Origin: Proteromonas lacertae
Lineage: Eukaryota
Assembly (NCBI GenBank): GCA_002245135.1
Contig: NGBS01000021.1
Location: 62,001 to 126,000 of the forward strand
Direction: 5' to 3'
DNA: 64,000 nucleotides
Below, piece by piece: positions 1 through 13,500 of this stretch (position 1 is its first letter; each line of letters opens with the position of its first letter). A program made the position numbers and the translations under genes. Below the pieces are notes generated by a model. It saw nothing but the letters and a program-made list of their open reading frames with translations. It did not search any database and was not told the DNA's origin.

Positions 1-2207
1 TCTATTTTACAGTTATTATTTGGAATATAATTGTTATTGAACAAGATAAATATAAAATATATAAATTGTATAACATAGAAGTCTTTATATTCACATTTAT
101 TAATTTGAAACATTCCAAATCTCTTCATTATATATGCTAATGGATCATCTAAACCAGTAAGGAAGATCTGAAGATAGTGTATAAATATTTCTATATTGTT
201 CATTGTGTATAGTGATCTTATTCTCTATAATTAATAAAAAAATGATTAAAAATACATAAAATTTCAAAATATTACCGTTTCTAATCCACATATTTGATCT
301 GGCTTGAACATCAACAATCTAAATAAATACACATAAAGCATGAATAATATATACAAATAATCTAAGTGGTCCTTCTATCATTAATATTATTTGTTCATTA
401 TCCATATCACAAATTATATCATTCAACGTAATTATGCCATTAGTTATTCCATATTCAGCTATAATACTATACAAATACTCCAAAGGCCAAAAGAAGCTAG
501 CATTTGTTAAATAAGGATGAAAATTCGATTTACATTTGTTAAAATAATGACAATTTGACTGAAGTATATTTCCTTGAATAATTTTTAGTATTTTCATAAT
601 ATAATCTCTATTCTTTGTCATTGTAAAGAATATAGAAATGGTATTAATAATGGAATATAATGAGAGAAGCGTATAGTTATTATATAAATGATTGATTTTA
701 TCTAAGTCTTGAAGAATGTGCATTCTTATATATCTCTTTATATTACAGTGATTCTATGGATTAATTATTACATATATAAATAATATACATAACTTTCAAC
801 TAGTAAATTAAGATATGATACAATATTTTCATCAATTTTAAGTTGATAAAATATTTCAGAAGATTCCAAGTCTGGTTTGAATAAACTAAAATTGGATATA
901 TATTTCATGAATTCTACATTGATAAACTTTTTGAATAAACTACTTGTCATTCGTAGATTAAGGTTTATAGCATGATTATAAAAGAACTATTAATAAATAA
1001 TAATAATAATAATAAAGTAAATATACTGGAAATATCTTTAAATAATCACAAATACCTTTTTCTCTCTTCAACAATTCTATAGTAACTTCTTCATTTAATA
1101 ATTGGTATAAATTATGTGATTGTAATGTATATAAACCATGATGCATTTTAATTTGACATATTTGATATTGATATAAACTAATTAATACATTAATATATTC
1201 AATTTTGAAGTCTATATCGCTTACTAGTGACAATATATTTTCAATTAATTGACAATCATTGGGGAATAGTCTTTGAGATATTTTTACAAATAAATATAAC
1301 AATGATTTTGATCCAACATTCTTCTTTTCAATCTAATTAATATATTAATAATATATATATATATATATATATATACAAATAATCTACCTACAATATTAGA
1401 AAACTGTTGATTTGTATAAGCTGTATTAAATAACCACTTCAAACATACTTCAAACATTTTATGATGTAAGAATTGAGTTTTATCCATTATTACATAGGAA
1501 GGATAATTAGAAGAAAAAAATCTATCTATTTCTAATTGTTGTATATTTCTATATATAATTTTATTGTTATTTAATAGGGATTGAACTTCATCATTAATAT
1601 CATCGTTTGACTTTGTGATAAATATGTTTTCTATACATTCTCTAGCACTTTCACGAGTTAAAAAATAATTAGATAATATAATTAAATGTGAATGAGGTTT
1701 ATATCTCTGTGAAGCGAACAATTTAACATATTCCATAAAATATGAATGTATAAATGACAGTATTTCTCTACATGTTTCTTCATAAGCACAGATCGTTTTT
1801 TCTTGCATTATATAAGAGATCTCACCACTATAAAATCAATATACAAAAACTATACGAGTGTTCTGGACATGAATGAGATTTGATAATGTATGCATCATCG
1901 CCACAATCACATTTTCCATCTTGATAATGTAAGTAAGTGTAAGAATGGCCTAAATGTTCTTCTTCTCGAAAACACTCCAAACAATACACACTATCATTCA
2001 TTTTCTAATATAAAATATAACAATTAACCATACAGAACATGTATCGCAATGAACCGTAAACTCACCGGCTTTAATGCGTCTACTACAGGTACTTCTTCCG
2101 CTAAATGATTTCATATTGTTAACTCCAGTAGACTGAAATACTTTGCTATTTAAATACCCCTCTAGCTGGTTTAAACGACATTTTAGAATAGAATCTGTCA
2201 TTGACAT
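1..2207 (-). CDS. UBR-box (N-recognin) E3 ubiquitin ligase, 5' part; multi-exon, runs off the window start
   Basis: Splicing a short GT-AG intron near 1996-2030 gives C-SRRIKAGEFTVHCDTCS..DSVYCLECFREEEHLGHSY..GKCDCGD..SCPEH, a UBR-box zinc finger. Further exons continue to position 1; the WIRNG motif near 275-290 is UBR1-like. Confidence 0.8.
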
Positions 2208-2338
2208 GTAAATTACATATATAATTTTTAAATTTTTTTGAAAATAGTTTGTATGTAAATGATTACTACTAAAATTTAAAAGTAAACATGTTAAAAATAT
2301 GCAAATAACACAATAATAATAGTTAAGAAGTATTAATT

Positions 2339-4771
2339 CTATTTATAGCCAGAATTGCCACTTCCTCCATACCCACCTCCACTCCCATTGTTTGGAGGAT
2401 AATCATAATAGCCTTTTGAATCATACTGGTTAGAAGAACGAGGAACGTTTCCATAACCAGAATTACCTTGATAACCACCATTATTAGGAGGTGGAACATA
2501 TCCACCACCTTGACCACCATAATTACCAGCAGATGGAGGATAACCACCAGCATTACTTGAGTTATTTGACATACTACCATTATTTGGAGCTTGTGGTAAA
2601 TAAGTATTTCCATAACCACTACTACCACCAGAATATGGGTTTGGTGGTGGTTGTGGAGGCATAGAAGAAGGATAATTTCCATATCCACTAACAACTTCAC
2701 CACGATTATTACCATACTGTTGAGGTGATTGTGATGGTGGTATATATCTCATAGATTGAGATGGAGGAGGAATTGGAGGGGAAGTTGATGAATTATAGTA
2801 TCTATCATCATATCTCGGCTGCTGAAGTGGTTGTTGTTGTGGTGGTGGCTGATAATAATAATTATTACCACCATTATTACCAGGAACTCCACCATAACTA
2901 TGATGATGTGAATTACTGTTATAATAATCACTATTACTACGTGAGTCATATCCACTACCACCTCCACTATTACCTCCGCCGTATGGATCATATCTATTAT
3001 TATTATTATTATTATTAGCATGTGGCAAAATAGGTTGTGAGTAATTACTATTAAATCCACCATTTCCTCTATTATTATTATAATCATAATTATTATAATT
3101 TCGATGTCTATTATTACTGCTATTTCTACTATCATAATCATCATTTCTAGAGGAAGGTCTATTATTTCTACTATCATAATAATAATTATCTCTATTATTA
3201 TTATCTCTGTAATTCCTATCTCTATCTCTATTGTTATTATAATTATCATTATTATATCTTGCTCTCTTAGCAGGACGTTCATCTTCACGATCTCTACGTG
3301 GTGGACTTCTTCTTCTCTCATATTTTGTATCACTCTATAGAATAAATAATAATTTAAAATACATTTGTAGTTTTTCTCTTTATATTGATTGATTCTACTT
3401 TAATTCTTTTGTTATTAAACATCATATTATTCATTTCAGTCATAGCTCTATCAACACCTGATCTTTCTAAGTATTCAACGAAACAGGGACCTTTGATTCG
3501 TAATTCATTACCCATTTTTAATGGCATTGAAATACATTTGATTTGGCCATATTCACTAAACTTTTCTCTTACCATCTATTAATTAACAATTGAATAAAGG
3601 AATGAAAATGGGAGAAAAAAAGGAGAAAAGTAAAAAATAAGTGTTAAACAATATAATAAAAATTGAATAATATACTGCTGGTGTTGTAGTATCAGGTAAT
3701 CCAGTAATACAGACTTGAGTCACCAAATTATCTGCAAATATTGCATCAATGTTCCTCTGTGTATTCATATCAGTTCTAATCACAATATCATCATATCGAT
3801 ATCCATCCAATAATGACTTTGCTTTACTACAATATGATTTATTACAAAACTTTAATGCACCAGAAGTCCAGCCATCTTCGTATAACACTTGTTCTATTGG
3901 ATTATTATCATTCAAAGCAGGAATTAACAGTTCTTTGAATTTTTCTAATAACTTGTTCCAATTAGTAGTTGGCTTTAAATTGTTAATAATTAAATAGACT
4001 GGATCATGAGCTGGCTCTGGAACACAATAACAATCTTTTATTATTATAATTTCTTCATCTCTGACGCATATATCTCTTTCTTCTTTAGTTTGGAAATGTA
4101 AAAAGGCACTGTAATTTGGCATCTATATAATAAATAAATAACAATAAATATATATACTGATCTTGTTGGAGTTTGCATATAAACTTTAACTATTTTTCCA
4201 TACTTTTTAAACGCTTCTATTATGTCTTCTTTGGTTATATTCTTATTCAAATGACCTACATATACACTGTATGAACGATTTGCACCATCTTCATCTTCTT
4301 TATTTGGTTTTGATTCATCTTCTTTTGGTTTTTCTGTAGTTTTTTCTTCTTCAGTTAAATTTGCCTTTTTATCTGTTTCTTCTTCTAATTTATTACTCTT
4401 CATTTCATTCTTTTCATCTTTTTCTTGATCATCTGTAATATCTTCAAAAACTTCAGTCAACTTCATCATTACTTTTGTTATCAGCATTATTACTGTCAGT
4501 TTCTACAACTTCATTTATATCATCTTCCATATTTATTGCTTCTGCATTTTCATCAGCATCTTCTGTTTTTTCTTCTTCTTCTTTTTCATCAATTTTTTCA
4601 AATGGGTTTATATCAGCTTCTATTAACCTTTTAATCTAAAAGAATAACACATTAACACAATACTAGCTCATTTTTTATTCCTTTTGTAGGTAGCTGATGT
4701 TGTTTCAATAAAGATTGCAATGCTTTCACTGTCAGCTTTTTAAATTCTTCCTCTGCTTTCTGCTTGTCCAT
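2339..4771 (-). CDS. SAP-domain + multi-RRM RNA-binding protein with RD/RE-rich and G/Y/N/P-rich low-complexity C-terminus (SAFB/hnRNP-like)
   Basis: Exon 1 from ATG 4771 reads FKKLTVKALQSLLKQHQLPTKGIKNEL|IKRLIE (SAP). RNP motifs SVYVGHL, AFLHF and KGPCFVEY follow, then a prion-like tail ending at 2339. Confidence 0.8.
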
Positions 4772-4914
4772 AAAATCAAAATAAAAGAATAACAAGATTC
4801 AAGCCAAGCTTTTAGTTGATTAATTTTAAAATTGAATGTCAAAAGTCTTGTTTGTAACCCTATTTTTGTTTGCTTCAACATTGTATGCTTTGATATTTTA
4901 AACAATATAGAGCA

Positions 4915-5432
4915 ATGAAACCATCTTTAGAGATACATGATGTACAAATATATATATTTATTTCTTTAGTTGTCATTACAATTAGTCGAAAATTATACTG
5001 ATTTGGACCAAAGCAAGTTTTTAAGTGAATTCATCCAAATTAGTGGAATTAAGGCTGAATGTGTAAGAATTACTAAGCAATGGACAATTAAAAACTCATT
5101 CTTGAAATTTAATTGTCTTCAAGATAGTACAGTAATTGACATTAACTTTGTTCAATATCTTTTTTTGCAAGGCAGATTGAATAATCTTTAATACATTAAT
5201 ATCTGAAGCATGTGCTACAGCTGTTGATCCAAAAGAAGAAATAATCAAACAAGTAAGTGAACACAAATATAAATCAATGACATACCCAATAGCAGCTGCT
5301 TACTACAATCAAAATATGGACCTTAGTGAAGTGACTATAGCATTGTTTTGGGGACTTTTTATATACTGTTCTTTGATAATCGTTGAAAGAATCTCCTGTA
5401 TGATTATTGGTACTAAGCCAAAGAAACCTTAA
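4915..5432 (+). CDS. Small protein with predicted C-terminal TM helix; unknown function
   Basis: ATG 4915, GT-AG intron ~4942-4969, U12-type intron from 5155, last exon ..IALFWGLFIYCSLIIV..KKP* ending 5432. Confidence 0.55.
5155..5200 (+). other. U12-type intron (AT-AT ending 5200, or AT-AC ending 5194)
   Basis: Starts ATATCTTTTTTT, branch-like TCTTTAAT; both ends restore the frame. The GT-AG alternatives I tested hit stops. Confidence 0.65.
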
Positions 5433-5556
5433 GAATATTAAGACTCTTTCAAGTTGTTTTTTTTTGTGTTTGGTATTTCATTATTTCTGTTATTATGAAA
5501 GGACAAAATTTGTGTTTTTTTGAATTTGTCAAACCTTTTTCGCATTTTTTAATAGA

Positions 5557-7343
5557 ATGAGTAATAACGATGGTATAATTGCTTGATTATGTTACTTTAG
5601 AACATTTGTTAGAATCAAATTATGAAGAACCTACAGTATGATCTTTTTTGCTACATTATTATTTTAGACTTCAAAACCACGTCCTAAATTGGTAAATACT
5701 TTATCAATATCTAATTCTTCTTGGAATTACACTGTCTTTTCATTTGCTTTCGGACACTTCTTAAATGGTATGTGTGCTGGAACTTGGTTTAGTTACTTGT
5801 TTGTATTCCTTAATTCTGTTCCAAGATTGAAATCAGTACCTGCAGGAATAGTTATGTTTAGTGGGCAAGTATTAACTTCAAATTCTTTTCATTTAGATTG
5901 CTGATGCTGTATCTACTCCAATAGCTGGATTAATTTCTGATAAAAGTAGCGGAATTAAATGGCTAAATCTAGGAAGAAGAAAGATGTGGATTTTTGTTGG
6001 TAGTATTATAGTAATAATCTCATTTTCTTTGTTATTTGGATTTAGTATTCCAAATTACATTTCCGATCGTATATTTTATATCTATACTATCATATTATTT
6101 AGATCCAAGTCAAGTAGTGTTAGTAATATATTGTGCTTTCTTTGCATCTACTTTTAATCTTGGATGGGCTTTAGTTCAAGTATGTCATATGGCAATGGTA
6201 CCAGAAATATCAAAAAGACCATCAAGACAAGTACTATTAAACAGTGTAAGATATGTAGGTGAAGTTGTAGGAAATATGGTTGTTTTTGTTGTATATTTAT
6301 TCATTTTTTTTATAATTATGGATTATAATAGGCAATGATGGTTTTAGTTGAATTTTTTGGTGATGCAAATGCAGATACAGAACATCAAAGAAATAAATTT
6401 ACTGCATTAACAGTAATCATTATTGTTAGTGGAATTATTGGTACAATAATATTTTTAATTGGAACACCAGAACCATATGGTCTAAATCAAATCAATGCAA
6501 GACCTTCTGAACTTGATATTGTAAGTACAAAGAGATATAAAGTGGAATGGACTTATTATTTTAGACTTCCAGAATTCTATTTTAGTATATATAATTATTT
6601 TATTGTTAGTTAATGGAGTTTATATGTGTACAAGATGCGTAATTAATGTATCACAAGTATATTACCCTCTTTATTTGATTCATTCTTTACAATTGACTGG
6701 GTTTGAAATTGGTCTTGGACCAATGATTGTATATATTAGTTCATTAATAAGTGCATATCTTTTTTTTGTATAATGATTAGATTATTTCTTTAATTCTCAA
6801 TTTTTACTGGATTAATGAAGAAATATAATGATATGTTAGGAAGAAAAGCAACTTATTCTACAGGTGTTACATTCTTCTGTATTGGATGTGGTTTATTGTA
6901 TTTCTGTACAACAAATACACTGTATTTGATGTATATTGGTATTATATTGATGGGAGCTGGAAATGCAACAATGTTAGTAACTGCTACTTCAATGGCTTCT
7001 GATTTAATAGGACAAAAGACTGAGACTTCTGCTTATGTCTTTGGTGCTTTATCTTTAACAGATAAATTATCAAGTGGAATAGTTATTATTTTACTGCAAA
7101 ATGTATATATTATTAATCTAGATTTTCTTATATAATATAGATTCTTGATTCAACAGAAGCATCAATGATTCCTAACTTCTATCGTATGTGTTTAGGTTTG
7201 ATACCTCCATGTATTGCAGTTGGAAGTATGGTTTTTGCGTATGTTGTTGATACTATATTATACTTTATAGAATTTTGATAGATTTTGAGAAAATAAAAGA
7301 TGAGGATATTCTACTTAATGCTGCATCATCCAATCGTTTTTGA
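5557..7343 (+). CDS. MFS transporter, MFSD12/GPH-like
   Basis: FGHFLNGMCAGTWFSYL, SGQ|IADAVSTPIAGLISDK..LGRRKMW, GWALVQVCHMAMVPE, AYVFGALSLTDKLSSG; about 7 GT-AG introns plus one U12-type intron. Confidence 0.9.
6755..6801 (+). other. U12-type intron, AT-AT termini (47 nt)
   Basis: ATATCTTTTTTTT...TTCTTTAAT-TCTCAAT; removal gives SSLISA|FTGLMKKYNDMLGRK in frame. GT-AG alternatives give stops. Confidence 0.75.
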
Positions 7344-7512
7344 TAGATTTTTTATTATTTTTGTATTTGTTTAGTATAATTGAAATAAATGATATGTGAT
7401 TTATTAAGATGAAATAAATCTATACATATTCATTTTTTTTTATTTTAATCGCCATAATAAATAAACCTTTAATAAATCAAAAATTCTATCCGTTTCATAT
7501 CAAATACAAAAA

Positions 7513-10500
7513 ATGAGACTGTTTTCATTTATCGTTTTACTTATTTTTGAAATCTGTAGAGGTGATCCTGTCAAATTGAATATATCAATACCTCTATTAG
7601 ACACAGATGAATACAGTAGACAAAGAAAATCGGTGTTTGAAAAGCTGAGTAACAAATTTAAAGATCACATCAATTTAGACTTATCTTCAACTCCCAATGT
7701 AAACGATGTTGTAATAAATATTAATGAAGAAGTGCATGATAGTTGCTATTTACAACTAATGGTAAACTCAGAATTGAAAGCAGTATGTGATAACAAGACT
7801 ATATATTTACATCAAATATATAATTCAGTAATGAATGGTATTTTTTATGAAATCTATATTGTAGTAATTTTTGTTGAATCTCGAAAAGTGAATCGTTTTA
7901 ACTATATAATAGTTGGTGAATTAGAATATGTAGAAATATTCAATAACTTGAAGATGTTTGTGAAGAATATAGGTTTTGGTTGTGAGATTTACACAGATTT
8001 ATCACAATTGAGAATAGAACTATCAAATCCATCATTCAATGATGAATCCAATACAATAATATTAGATTTTTATACATCCTATGAATTATTAAACGAGTTT
8101 TATTCAGTTTTCACTTCTTCTTTTCCTCATTTCAATGATTTAATCCACATATCCTTCTATTTAGATGAATATTATACAACCACATATCTTCCTTCAAATG
8201 ATTATTCAAATACATACATTGTATCATCTTATTTTGAATCAATTGACAAAGAAAGAATATCAGTAGAATTGGGATTAAATTCAAATGAAATTGTTGATAA
8301 AAGAATATATGGAACATATTTGTACTTATCATTTTTATTGTCATTGAATGAAGATGAAAAGATTGGTTTAAACAAAGAAAGATTAAAACGAATATTAGGA
8401 TTATTATCAAGAAATAAGATAGTAAAATACAAAGAATGGAAGATATTTGATCATAGTTTCATTGGAAGTAGTTACCTTGGTAAAGTGAATATAAATGGAA
8501 ATATAATAGATATAATCAATTTAAACAGTGATGTTGCTGAATATAAAAATGATTTATGGGAATATGGAGATGGAATTGTATGTATGAATGGAAAAGAAGA
8601 AAAAGAAGAAACAATATTGATTGGAATAATGAGTGGATTGAATGGATTAAACAAGAATTATGAAGATATGATAATTGGAATAATTGAAACAATTGATGAT
8701 ATAAATGTTAATAATAATGGTTTATTAAATAAACGAATAAGAATAGTATTATCCACAATGTCATTATCAATAAAAGAAAAATATGATGAATTAATGTCTA
8801 AAATCCGTTTCAATGATAATCTATTATAGTTCTAATATAATGTATGATGAACTAATAGAAGTGTTGAATGAAGAAAGTCCATACATATTTACAATAGGTT
8901 ATAATAGTGGTGAAATGTGTCATCCAAATATAATTCCAATTGGAGTTAATATTCCAAGTCAATTTCATTATTTAAAATCCTTATATGATGATGAGAAGAG
9001 AATATATTTGATGTATTCCAAGAGTGAATATGGTAAAAGAAGTAAAGATTATATAGAAAGAGATTTAAAAGAGAGAAATAAAGAATTGAAGAGTATAATA
9101 GTAGTTGATGATAATTCAATTGAAATGAGTAAAAGTATAGGGGAATTGAAAAATGAAATGTTAAATGAGAATGAGAATGAAATAATGATTATATGTGTAT
9201 TAAGTGAAGAATATACCAAACTGTTTATTGAAGAATTCAATTCTTACAAATTGGCACATCCAAATTTGCTAGTTTATTTGATGGATATAAATGAGAATGA
9301 TTATATTGATAATTCAAAATGGATTAATTATCATACAATTCATCCTTATATTGAATATAATCCATTACCTGAAAGAATAATGAATAGATTAGAAAAATAT
9401 AAAAAATATGAAGAAGAGAATATTCATTATTTCGAATATTTGGGAAGTTTATCAATATTATTATTTAATGAATTAGTAAAAGAAAGTAAAACAACTAAAA
9501 TGATAAATCTAAATAAAACAATGAGTGATATAGGAATCTCAATAAAGAAACCTAAAGTATCATTATTATATGAGAATTATATTGAAATGGCAATAAGTGA
9601 TTTAAAAACGAATGATAATTGTAGTTACACATTATCACATGATATTCATCCACACATTATTCAATATCCATCATATATTCATATATTATCAGATAATACA
9701 ATAATGAAATGTGATTGGAAATCTCCAAATTATGAAAGAAAGAAGAAGGTAGAATCAATAATCTGTTTATATGAGAATATTGAATGTTCAATGTTGTTTT
9801 ATGTATTTTCTTATTTCCAAACATCTTCACATTATGATACATCTGAATTTTATTATGAAAGAATGAATTTACCAAATATTGAAAATGATGAAAATGAATA
9901 TGAAATGAAATTTAACAAAATGATGGAAGTTTATAATCCATTGATAATTTATGGTTTTAGATCAATGAAAGAAAAGATGAAGATATTGTCTTTATTATCA
10001 GTTGATATTCCATTATTTAGTTTATATCCTTCAGAGGATGATACAACTATGTGTTATATAAATCTATTTAATATAGGGATAGAAACATCAAGTTATATAG
10101 AATCATCTTTGCCATTTGAATATTACAGATATAATATAACAAGATATTATTATATTAGTAATTCGAAATTAATAGATCAAAATGGAATAAGAAAGATGTT
10201 TATTTATTTTGATTATTTATACAATTCAACAGGATTTGAATATAGAATAGGTGATATTGGTAAAAATACAGTTGATGAAGTAATATCTGATTTAAGAGAT
10301 TATTTATTAGATTACAATGAAAGCAATATAATATATATAAATCTATTTAATGATGAATCCGATTTAATAAACGAAAAGCTGGATTTATTGTTGTTAAACA
10401 ATAGTAAAATCTATTTTTTGAGAATGAATTCTAAATTCTTTACAAATCCATCATATGAAAGAAAACATCAGTTCGTTTCTGATTATTTACATTCAACAAT

Positions 10501-13500
10501 GAAAAATCTAAACAAAAATCTAAAAGATTTTGATGATTCAATATTGCCAATACAAAATTCAATATATTATTTTATGTTATCTTCAGTGTATATATATTCA
10601 ATAATATAATATATTTAGACTGTATTCTTATGAAATACTCTCATCCAGTAGAATGATAAGCAAATTGAAAAACAAACATTTGATAGATATAATAAAAGAT
10701 ACCAAGTTGAAGATAAGCAATAACAGTATATTTTTATTATAGTTTAATTAATATATATTAATAGTTACATTATATTTTACTGATGATAATTACCTGTTAA
10801 AACCAATATCAATAATAACCAACAATGCAAATAATAAGAATAAACCAGAATTTATCAGAGAGTATTATAACTATAAAAGTGAATTTAATTCATATTATGA
10901 AGCACTAATAAATAATAATGTTAAAGGCCAAAGAATGTTTGGAATTGTAATAGATTCTAAAACCAGATTATATGAAAGTAAATCTTTGTTATTTGCATTA
11001 CAAAATGTAATATCATTTTATGTTGATATACCATTTCGAATATATGATGTAGGTGTAAAACCAATAACTGGTTTAATAGATTATTTTGAAAGTTATTCGC
11101 TAAAATTCTTATTTGGTGTATTGAGTAGAAACAATTTGCCAGAATTAGGAAGATTATTATTTGAAAAAGAAATTTATATATTCAATTATGGTGAAGTATT
11201 TCAAGATCCAAATTGTTATTATCAGATATTAAGTATGAATTCAATAGTTAATTATGTATCATTTATATCTTATTCATATATATATCATCATTACAAAGGT
11301 ATTTTAGTTGTATTTGAAAATAATGAAGAAGTAAATGAATTGAATGAATTTATAAAAAGACAAATGAATATATTTGAATGGAGAATATCAACTATAACAA
11401 TAGAAAGTAATGAAGATGCTTATTCAACTGCATCAAAAATAAAGAGCATAAATCATTCAGGTGGAAATATTATATTATCATTTTCAAATAATAAACTGAA
11501 TTCTATTTTATCCACGTTGAGAAGATTATTATCTCCAGAATATGAATTAAATATACTTAATTATGATATGAATACTCCATTAGAGAAAGTAATATTCTAT
11601 TCATATAACAATTTTATAAATACAACAATGGTATTTCCAACAGCAAAAATGATATATGGTGATCATATAACACAATTATTTGACAAAATAATGAGAGTTT
11701 ATATGGATATAGCAGTTGCTACAAATAATTATGATGATTTGTTGTTTATATTATTTTGGGAAGTGAAAACATTAACTCAATACAATTATATAATTGAAGA
11801 CTATGAAATTTATAATGGAAAAGACAACTTGGATATAAGAATTCCATCTTTTTCAACTATATTCTACAAAAAAATTAATATTTATTATATCGAATGTATA
11901 TTTGATGATGGAGTTAAAATAGAAGCACCTTATGTTCACAGAATGGGATTATTGTTAGATAATCCTTCAGATTATAAAGATATATTAGTAGGTATGGAGA
12001 GCAAACTAATCACTGCAATATATTCACCAATTGAAGATTTGCTTATACCAATATTCGATGAAGGAAATTCTGAAGAATTTGTTGATAGAATTAAACAAAG
12101 TATGTTTGTAACTACTTTCTTTGGAATTACTTCATACAAGAATAAGATGTTATTAAATGATCATTTAAATACAAATGATAATCTTCTATATTTCATTGGT
12201 AATTCATTATCAATTGATTGTCTTAAGAATGTAATGATAAGTGGAATGCATATTATGACAATATTACCTTCTTTAGTAGGATTCACACATAACTATTGTT
12301 CATCAATAATTATCTTCTTTGAAAGTGAAGCATATCCAATAAAAGATTATAAAACCATAATCGAAGAATTAAAATATCATTCAGTAGTAATTACAAAAGT
12401 ATATTATATTGATAAAGAATCAGTTATACATCAATCATTCATAGATGAAATAAAAGGATTATTATCAGATTTAAACATATGTATTTTTAACTTTATGAGT
12501 GAATGGAGTTATGAATTTATATCCCATTTAGATAATGAATATAAAAATATTAAAAAGTTTTCAGTTGTGCATATAGGTTTAAGATGGGGTAAAGAACTGA
12601 TACTACCCAAACATTTCAATCAATACTTTATGGTGGGTTATCCTATAACTAACTTAGACTTATTTGATAGAGTAATTAAACCATATTATTATTATTATAA
12701 CAAATATGAATTACTTACAGAAAAATATATGCATATGTTTGTAATTACATCATTGTATAAAAATTATGTATCAAAGGTTGATCCTATGTTTTATTTTGAT
12801 TTTTATAAATCTTTACATTATACAATTTATTCAAACGATGATTTATTAGCAGCAAGGTATTTTTCTGAATCAAATAGTTTAGCTGTCGATATGAGAGTAT
12901 ATAAAGATGAAGGATATGATGAAGAATATAACCAAAGAAAAGTGACTGAATTAAATTGGGTTTTTTATACGTACTATTCACCTTACCCACCAAGATATCC
13001 ATTTAAATGTGATTGGAAAGATTCAAAAAGTGATAATATTACAAAAGATCCAGTTCTTTCATTTGGTTTTATATTTGATATATCTGGTAAACAAAAACTT
13101 CCTGATTATAGTTTGATGGTTGGTGGTATTAGCCTTATAATAGGTACAGCATCAAAATATTATTCAGTATCTTATGAAATTTATGATACAAAATCAACTT
13201 TAAGTGGTTGTATATCTGGATTAAAATCAATGTTAGATAAAAAGATTGGATTTATTATATTTGGTCATAATAATTATGATTGTTTGATTGAAGCTGAGAA
13301 AATAATCAATTCTCCAAAATATATTGATTTTGATGTTGTATTATTCTATCCTAACAATTTTCCAGGTGATTTTTGTGATAAAAGAATAGTAGTTGGTGGA
13401 ATGATACCTAATGAATTCTTTAATCCAACAATGTTCTATTATATAACTGAAAATCCCGAAATAGAAATATCATATTTGTTATATGATTCAAGATCAGCTG

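Noticed and set aside
2323..3340. Overlapping Ile/Val/Met-rich ORFs
   Set aside because: Shadow frames of the low-complexity N/G/Y/R-rich tail of the SAP-RRM gene.
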